Source: Chrysomallon squamiferum
Taxonomy: Eukaryota > Animalia > Mollusca
DNA: 64,000 nucleotides
Assembly: GCA_012295275.1 (NCBI GenBank)
Contig: CM022670.1
Location: forward strand, 12,090,001-12,154,000
Direction: 5' to 3'
Below, piece by piece: positions 28,301 through 64,000 of the stretch. A program made the position numbers and the translations under genes. Under the pieces are notes generated by a model. That model saw only the letters and a list, made by a program, of their open reading frames with translations. It made no database searches and was not told the origin of the DNA. Position 1 is the stretch's first letter. Every line of letters starts with the position of its first letter.

Positions 28301-29793
28301 TTCTTTTATTATCAACAATTTTGTACCCTAAATTCATCATGGTTAAAATCCTAAAGATGTAAATCCAAAAATAATTCAGTGAACTAATAGTTTAAATAGA
28401 TTTTTAAAAATACTTCCAAGTGATATATTAGAGAAAAATAAATAGTGACAGTCTTGGAATTTTAATTATTGTCAGTAGTTTCATAAATGTGTCAGTAAAA
28501 CAATTATGTTATTTGTTTCCATAGTCTTTATTTCCACTTTCATAAAAGATATTTAATTAGATGTATTTATTATTAAGTTTTCATTCTGAATGTTATTTGT
28601 TTCAGGTCCATCTGTATCAAATTTTGTAAGCAGACCATCCAAGTCACCTTTACGAGCGTAAGTAAAACTTATATTTTATGAAAATAAACACAGTTAATAA
28701 TTTAATCTGAAACAAGCGGAGGTCAAGTTATTGTTTATAAGGATACACAAACCATGTAACAGATTTATACATCTTCACTATATCAGAACATGTGGGATAG
28801 AAGAGACAGCAGAAATAATCATTCCAATATAGATTTTAAAATAATATATTTTAGTTGTTTTTTTTAACAGATAAAATAATTTATTTGTAATATCATAAAT
28901 TATTAAACGAAAATACTTTTATATAATTTTTTATATAAAATTTTATTTTAGGACAAAATCAACAGGTAGTCCCAACATCCAGAGGACACCAGGATCCAGT
29001 CCTAGTCTCAAACTACAGCTAGGAAGCAGCTGTCTGTGTAATGGAGAGTTGGGTGAGATGATTTATAGCAGGCTTTTTTTTATCTTTAGTAACGGTCCAT
29101 TCTTTACTTGATCTAGACCAGTCATTATTTGGTATAATAGTACTAAGCAAAGATGGTATTAAAACAATTATTTTAAAACCTCTGTCAGAATATTTATTAG
29201 AACCTTGCAAACTTTCAGATATGAAACATTTTACTATTATAAAGCTATATTATGATTATTTCTTAGTCATTCAGTCATCCTGTCTATCTAATTAACTCAC
29301 AATCAGCAAGTCAGTCATTAAATTTTTCACTATGTTATTCATCTGTTCACTGCATTACTCAGCTATTCTTCCATTTCTTTGTCAGTTCCGTTCACTTTAT
29401 TCTTTAAGACATATTCATTTGAATAAAAAAATGATAAAAACTCCTCCCCACCAAAAAAAAAATTCTGGCTTTGCTTTTTAATTATTACTGAAAAGAACTG
29501 TAATTATTTCAACAGGAACAGTTAAATATATTGGAACAACCGAGTTCAGTGATGGAACATGGATTGGAGTGGAACTGAAAACTCCGAAGGGAAAGAATGA
29601 CGGCAGTGTTCAAGGAAAGAGATACTTTGTTTGTAAACCGAATCACGGACTGCTTGTCAGACCAAGCAAACTGTATGTACGAGGAATTAATGGTGCTAAG
29701 CTTATTTCTGATGATTTACCAACCACCCCAGACAAAATGGTGATGAACGGAGAGAGCAAACATAATGGCGACTTTCACTACGGAAGAACTTAA
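15193..29793 (+). CDS. CLIP4: CAP-Gly domain-containing linker protein, CLIP4/CLIP3 family (ankyrin repeats + three CAP-Gly domains)
   Basis: Exons 15192-15456, 15599-15854, 16206-16349, 16748-16947, 17311-17446, 18000-18128, 26605-26730, 26966-27089, 28188-28276, 28606-28657, 28952-29052, 29516-29793 splice in phase. Hallmarks: FFDPN..EIFAVLRQWTPQTQQN, GANINDRDGLTDMTLLHYA, RWTHMTALHYAAYFDV, and CAP-Gly cores GKNDG / GKNNG / GKNDG. Three CAP-Gly domains and no C-terminal Cys-pair membrane domain fit CLIP4 better than CLIP3; likely co-ortholog of both. Confidence 0.92.
18813..18830 (+). CDS. Candidate 18-nt microexon of CLIP (ADSEEE)
   Basis: ttgttttgtttcAG|ccgattcagaggaagaag|GTaaaa; symmetric phase 1, keeps the frame between exons ending 18128 and starting 26605. 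Confidence 0.6.
22658..22721. repeat. Perfect 30-bp tandem duplication containing TATATAAG
   Basis: atttattatataagcaataaaaatattaca occurs twice head-to-tail. Confidence 0.9.
23309..23785 (+). CDS. Unnamed 158-aa protein, helical/coiled-coil N-half and Asp/Glu-rich tail; nested in CLIP intron 6
   Basis: Uninterrupted, GC- and CpG-rich ORF with protein-like composition. An in-frame stop lies upstream (23267) and the first in-frame ATG is at 23309 (the track's 23291 is TTG). Probable 5'UTR intron 22811(GTAAGT)-23286(ctacAG). Out of phase with the CLIP exons. Confidence 0.82.
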   Translation: MESVNAANAAKRLGGVCAITSDVQTKLHDAEKSFRKACEQIVQLNRRLDEMAKRYDKASKENHRSFRYSLRLRMAVTEGVRNMYYEYASNKADEITNLRSQVLHDEHGSSGDDDDDDDYSDEFDDDMEAEENIENDEEEMALDEIVPNATEQNSEPTP

Positions 29794-32700
29794 AATTCTT
29801 AAGATAGTTCATAAAAATTTTTTTTTGAACTTAAAGAAAAATGAATGTAGCTTTTGCTCATTGTGGTCCAGGCACATGTTTTGAGGGCTTAACGTGACAG
29901 TTGCTTTCACATTGTTGTTTGTTAGTGATAAGAAAAATTCAAAAGTTAGAAAACAAAAATTCAAACTTTTGTTTTAATTATAATCATGACTAAATGTTGC
30001 TGCAATTTATTATCATCCAGGCTAATGTGTTGTTGGCATTTGCTTTCATTTTAAATGATTGTTGGAGAAAGCAGACATAATGGTTATTACTAAAAAAAAA
30101 AAAAAAAAAAAAAAAAAATAATACTTTTTTTTTTATAAATGTCATAATGCTTTTTTGAATAGAGAAAGGTGCTTTCTCTATTATGGTTCATACATGTTTG
30201 TAATGGGTGAGGTCATGGTGGCAAGAAATATTTTTGGAAATTTTTTCTTATTTTAAATTACAAACTTCATCCAATAAGATCAAAGAATTTTTATATCAGA
30301 CATTTCCAGTTCATAATAGTTGCTGTTATGATGTCATTTTAAATGATGAGTGAATGCAATCATGTTAAAGTTGGCCACTCAAACCAGATGTTGTAATTTT
30401 TAGTAACTGTTGGTGTTTGTTTAAGTACAGTTGTTTCAGTTCAGTTTGATCCTTTGACAGGCCTCAGAATAAATTTAATATTTTCTAGTTTAGCTTTAGG
30501 TGTTACAGCAATGAATGACAGAAGCAACAGAAAATAAGAAACAAACATACAATAAATAAATCTCAATTGAATTTGGATAGGCATACCAAAAATGTATTTT
30601 TCTCATAAGAAGCTTTTAAATGAATAAAATTCTGAATCATACAGCTAATCAGGTATTGAAAGTTGTTTAAGATGTTACAAAAAAACAATCAGATTAAAAA
30701 AAAAAGAAAAAAAGAATGGAAAATAATAGTCAAACATGACTAATTAATCTCTCTCTCTCTCAACTGCCATTTGTTTTCTTAATAAATTTACAGAATGATA
30801 AAGTGGTGTTTTCATAGCCATTTCAGGCAGTTATGCAACTATTTTGCATCTAGTCGGTATTGAGTTGTTAATAGTTTGAGTAATTGTGACAGCTATTGTT
30901 CAAGTAGTTAGTGTTAAAAAGCTGATACAGCGTTTTATGACACTTGCATAGTTGAATAGATTTAAATAATAGAAGGGTGCATAATTTTACACTGAGGCTT
31001 GTTTTGGGCTTGAAAGGACTTTTCAGTGTTGTTACAGTTTAATGACAAATATACTTTGGTCACTTTAAGATGTTTGATGCTTTTTAGCCACAGTTTCTTG
31101 CCATTTGAGTTTAACTCACACAATTATTTGCAATTGTTTAAATGTATGTTATATGTAGTCTTTCTTAAAACAATTCAGCTAAAAACCAGCTGAAATTAAT
31201 TAAAAGTGTTTCTTACATTTTTAAATTAAGTTAATGGAATGATTAAGCAGAAAATAGAGACTGTTTTGAAAAGGATTTGAAAGAAATTAACAAAAAATAT
31301 AACTTATTCAAATATTCCTAATGTGAAAAATAGAAAATATTTAAATACTATTTTTGGTGCAATTGCAATTTATTTAAGAACTGTCAGAATTATTGACAAA
31401 GTACCCTGACATTATTAATTTATTAATTTTTTTTTATCTTTTTTTAAATATTTTTTTTTTGGAAGCAGAAATGTCATTATTATCTGGAATTATTAAATTT
31501 TTTATAATACATTGCAAACAAAATATTGATTTTCATGATGATTTTTTTATATTATTTTATATTATTTTATTATTAATACATTTTACTGTATGTTGTTACT
31601 ATCAGACTATTTCTTGAGGTTGGTAACATTCCATGATGACATTTGTATGGATACTTTAATATATGTACCATTTATTTTTATTTTATATTTTTCATTTAGT
31701 CTTATATTAGAAGTGTAATTAAAATATTATTTTATCCATTTATTCTTATGATTCATTCACCCATCTCTCCATCCATTATTATAATTTTACTTTATTACAC
31801 TATCAAAATTAGATACATCAACATATCCTATAAAAAATAAAAACACTAATGAAAAGTATGCCATCCATCATGTAATTTCTTTTTTGAATCTCATTAAACT
31901 GTACAGATATATTTTCTATTAATATTTAGAATTTTTTGGTATTTTGGATATAATCTGAAAAGCCATTTAACCAGTTTTTCACCCTTTTGTTTCGTTGTGT
32001 GATTGTTTTAAGAATTATTTTCGTGATTCATTACCATTACTTATGGTACATTATGTTATTTATGCATGCATCTATTTATAATTTTTAACTTGCTATTTGT
32101 ACTTTTAGTTGTAGGTGCATGCAGATCATGTGCATGCATGTGTTTAAATTATATCAAAATCTTCACCTAAAGTTGAAATATATATATATATATGTATGTA
32201 TAGAGCCACATGTACACACTTTGTAATTTTTAAAACTTTTAGGAGTAGAATTAGCATTTAAATTAAGCAGTGAAATAGGCTTTTTAATTTATTTTGATTT
32301 AAAAATAAATATCAGCATTTAAATTAGCAAGTGTAATAGGTATTTTTATTTATTGTGACATAATAAGAAATTATGTTTTTAAATGGGTTTTTATAATTTA
32401 CAGTTTGAAAATAAATATTGCTTATTTATTTATTTATTTATTACTAAGGATTATTGTTTTCATGTCATTTTCCTTCAGCAAATTTCTAACCTACCCATTT
32501 CCGAGTAACATTTTATAGCCAGAGAACATTGGATGTCACATTTTCTACAAAATTGTATGTTCCTTTAAAAAGAATAGAAAAAGAAAAAAAATGCATTGAT
32601 CAGTTTAAAAATCAGAAATTTTGTGTTTTCTGAATGAGCATTCTTAAGCACAACATATGAATATAAACACCAACAGAGATAGGATATATACTATTAGTTA

Positions 32701-33550
32701 ACAAATGATCAAGAACTGTCTTTATTTGATGATCTGATGATATTTGATGATTCTTTGTAGCATAGAAATTGCCATGGGGAAATTTCATGAAGCCACAATT
32801 ATTATCCTTAACAAGATCTCACAATGTTTATAAAATTGTTTTAATTAATGTGCATTTTTTCTGAATTTGAAGTCAAGACAAAAATATAAACAAGTGTATT
32901 ACAACTCTCAAAATGGCTTTATTTGCATTATGTAAAATTTGTAATGTAAACTGGAAAAATATTTTCAGATTATGTTTTTTTTAGATGAAAAATATATTAT
33001 GAATGCAAGAAAAGGTAAAAATAAAATGAAAACTAAAAAATCATTTCTGCAATTGATTAATATATTTAACATTATCACATTATTTCATCAAAACTTTTTT
33101 TTAAATGATATTCAGTCTTCCAAGAATAAGGGAGGAGAGACTTGTAAGAAAGAAATTTACTAACAGAAAAATATAAATTTCCAGTTATTTCAGCATCAGT
33201 AATAAGTAGATTTAAATTGATGAAGTTAAATTTATCATTGAATACATTTTTACATACTTGTTATTTATGCCATTCAGTATTAAAATAACCTGTATTGAAT
33301 AATCTCCATATTTAGTGAATTTTTAGACATTGTTAGTGAATATTTTATTGGTAATGTTCATACGATTATGACTGACTCCTCAAACTAATTTTGATTTCAG
33401 ATACAGAGTTGAGCTTGATGAGTTAGATAACAGTACAAAGCAGGCAAATTATTCTAAAAATCATTACAATTGTTTTTATTATTATTACTATTATACATGT
33501 ACATATGTAATTTTTTATTTCTAAAAATAATAGCAGTAGATCATTAACAC

Positions 33551-33587
<37 letters not shown>

Positions 33588-36099
33588 TGCTGATAATAAT
33601 AATGAGATTACAAATTGCTGAATTATTTGAAAACCATTTCACATATTGTGTAACTAAATTATCAAATCAGGTATCAAAATAATAAATCTGTATTTGAATA
33701 ACATTGTAATCAATACTATGGTGAATCAAATGACAAGCATGCCAGTGTATTATGTCAAAACAATTGCTGCTTTTTCATAATTATTAAAGGAAAAAAGAAG
33801 AAAATTATAAAGAAAAAATTACTCATCATATCCAAGCAAAAAATCTTAACCACAAAGGGACCTGTTTAAAAGAATTTAAATTTATTTATTCTTAACATTC
33901 ATCTAGTCAAAATATATATATTTATATTCTCTAACATTAAAAAAAAAAAAAAAAAAATCTGCTTCTTTAGTTTTTAATAAAGCAAACCACATTACTCCAT
34001 GTTAGATTGATATTTGTTCAAATATAAAAATAAAGACATACATAATTTAATAATTTGTAGTGACAGGTGATTTTTTAAAAATTTTTATTATATTTTTTTA
34101 AAGTTCTAATATTGAAATGTTACTGTTTTAATTAATTCAGTCAAACAAGAAATTCTACATGTAAAATATATTATCATCTTTCTCATGTTTTCATTCAGTG
34201 CCTTTCTTTACAAGATGTTTAAGCCACACATGCCTTTCTTAAAAGAAAATAATTTTATTCAGTCACTGCCTTTTAAAAACCATCTACATTTCTCAGGTGA
34301 TCTTTTACCTTTCTTCTTTTTTTTTTTTTTTTTTTTCTTTTTCATAAATTTTTTTTGTAGATTTGTCTTTTTAATATTTATTTTGCTAAGAACATTTTGC
34401 CCAGATATAATTATTTGTCTTTGTGAATTTTAGGTGAGCTCTTGCTAGACTTGGCAGGTTTATTGCTGATACAGTGAACATGCATATATAATTGCTCACC
34501 TCACAAAACATTTTCACATCTGATTCTTCTTCATATTAAGAGTTCTGAAATGTTCTGACCCATCATGTAAGTTACATACACAAATCAGTGATGCTGATAC
34601 ACAGTCAAATCTTGCTAATACTGCATCTCTGCTTATTGTAAGAAAATAACTTGCATACCAATCAGCTATATTTAAATTTACATTAATTTACCACATTTTA
34701 TTGAGCTGTGCTATTCACAGTATTCCACTTCATTTCTGAACAGACCTTGTGTTTTTCCATTGGATAACAGTCTTGAATACTATTACCATTTATAGGTTTA
34801 TTGAAAAACATTAATTGCTTATTTTTTTTTTATATTTCGTCCATTAAACTATTGTTTATTGTCTAAATTGATCCAAAATATATAACAGTTCTTATCCAAG
34901 AGGAATTTATCTCATTTATTGCACATATCGTTAAAAAAAAAGAAAAAAAAAAAAGATTCAGTTATGCCAGAGGTTGATGTTATAAACAAGTTTGACTTGT
35001 ATTAATAATTTTGATATATTTTTATACGGCATACTTGTTTTAAGTACCCTTTATTAACAGCAATTGAATTGAAAGTTGGATAGCATTCGTTTTTTTGAAA
35101 ATAAAATAAAAATTTTGATACAAGATTAATGAACAAAAAGAAATAAATTAGTTTTTTAGTGAAACTTTGATAGCATTTATTGTTTTGAAAAGAAAAGAAA
35201 TATTTTGACAAACATTCTTATTATTGAACAGTGCCTTACAGTTTACAGATTGTAAAATTTATTTCAATATTTATTTTTTAATGTTCTTTTGACAAGTAAT
35301 TTTGTAACATATTTTATAAGTTTATTATTATTATTTTATTTATTTATTTTATTTTTTTTTATTACTATTTGCAATTTTTTTAATTATGAAATGAAAGTCA
35401 GTACTACATGGAATTGTAAACTGATATTTGATTTCAGTTTTATTTGTGAGTCTTACTGTAATGATTATTATTATTTATTTTATTTATTTAAAAAACCAAA
35501 AACAATTAAAAACATTGAAAAGTATCATTTCACAAAATTTCAATCATACTTTGTTTTTTTATTTCATTTTCTCTAAACAATCCTGGATTTGTTTTCTATT
35601 TTTTTTTTTTTTTTAATTTCTGTGTGCATCATTTGCTTTTTGTTTATTTATTTTTGTTCTCTGAATGAAAGTACATTGTCACATCTTTTTCCAAATAAAA
35701 TATGGATTAAACACTATCATTTGTTTTCTTTTCTTTTCATCAGGTAGATGTTTGTCAGATTTTAATGAGATAAAAATATTTGATTGGAACAGGCATTTAC
35801 AGCATTTTTTTAATTCAAAGTGTACTTGGGTATTTTATTAACAGATTTATTCAACCATACCTGTGACATTCAGTTCACCTTTCAGAAGAAGGGTGTATCT
35901 CATTTATTTCATGAATATGAAATGAACTTACTATTTAAAACATTCTAAAACTTTTGTTCCAACCCAATAATTTTGAACAACAAGAAGAAGAAGAAGAAGA
36001 CAGTATCTGATTCTTGAGTTTTCCATTTGTGTGATGTTACTGAATTAATGCAAAATCTATAAACCTAAAAAGTAATGAGATAACAAATAAAACATCCAT

Positions 36100-36141
<42 letters not shown>

Positions 36142-36884
36142 ATCAGTAATATTAGTTGCAATGAAATTTCATGTGGTCACAGTATTTCTTTCTGGATTTA
36201 AATAGCAAAATGTCAGGATACTGAATTTTCTTTCCTTTTTTCCAACTTTTATTTTATTATTGTTATTTTTTTACAATCTTTAAATCACCTTTTAATATTA
36301 ATTTTGATATTGTTATTTTTATTATTATTTTTTAAAAATTATGCTTGAAACTGCAAAACAGTATATGGAGTATAGGACTGATGACATCAATTAATCATCT
36401 CTCCAGAAATACACTCCTGATTTGGCACAGTCATTTGGTATTCAGTGAAAATTGAAAGGAATTTTATAAAAAATAAATTATTTTAATATTATTATGTTTG
36501 TTGTTTTTGCTATTATTACTATTATTCAACAATTCAAAAATATAATTATCTGTAAGAACTTTAACAAGAGTTGGACACAAAATTTCACAAAAACAACAAC
36601 AACAAAAAGAACCCCACCTACCTAAAATGAGTAACATAATTTAAATAATAATATATATTTAAAAAAAAAAAAAAAAAAAAAGGCCAAATTAAATACGGAC
36701 ATATTTGTAATAATTACTCCTCTTGAACAAATTATTTTAAATGCAGTACACTAAAGATTATATATAATTTACTGTCTATCTAAACACACCCAGACTAAGC
36801 CAAAACAAAAGGAACCACAGAATGAAAGTAGAAAAATGTCGATCACAAAATCTGGTGACGTAGTTCACATTAAAACTAACTAAA

Positions 36885-63557
<26,673 letters not shown>

Positions 63558-64000
63558 GTATGTATTTTAGTCCAGTGGATTTATCAAAACATATCATCTG
63601 TCTTACTTTTCATAAATTAAACTCTTTATATTTTTCATAAAATATCTATTTCAAATGTACTTGAGTTGAATTTAATCATGCTGTATAATACATCCCCAAA
63701 CAGTGAAAAACATTAATGTCAAATGTAAACTTAGTATTTATGAAATTCTTTTTTAACTTAACTGCATATTAAAATATAATACAAAATATTTATTCTAGTA
63801 TATATTATTTATCAACAAACATACAGATTGGAATTGAATGCATCTAGAAGAGAGTGACATAGAGATCCTTTTTTATTTTTTATATTATTATTCAGATCAG
63901 TGTAATCCTTTTTTGCTTTTTGTTTTCAGTTTACTTTTTTTAAATTTTCAATTTTCATTTAGCTGGTTTTTTTTTTTAATCACACAAACTTGTGTTTGTA

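Overview
AT-rich, intron-dense animal genomic DNA, probably a mollusc/gastropod (inference from repeats and protein style). There are no prokaryotic features. Three + strand protein genes were reconstructed exon by exon from GT-AG sites and reading phase: the 3' part of PPP1R8/NIPP1 (64-2592), a CLIP4/CLIP3-family ankyrin + 3x CAP-Gly gene (promoter ~6.7-7.1 kb, common CDS 15193-29793) and a DOCK6/7/8 (DOCK-C) Rho-GEF gene (36885 to beyond the window end). Highlights: (1) a CpG-rich, unnamed 158-aa coiled-coil/acidic-tail gene nested on the same strand in the 8.5-kb CLIP intron; (2) several candidate alternative first exons of CLIP, all phase 2 and in frame with the common exon, encoding a myristoylation-type, a Cys-pair, a polybasic or no N-terminal extension; (3) a 6.3-kb DOCK intron holding an 86-codon cassette exon, two candidate terminal exons, five UGCAUG motifs and two nested long-range complementary sequence pairs; (4) a 1-nt frameshift in DOCK exon 9; (5) in-frame microexons in CLIP and DOCK. 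All splicing and function claims are predictions from sequence and need RNA data.
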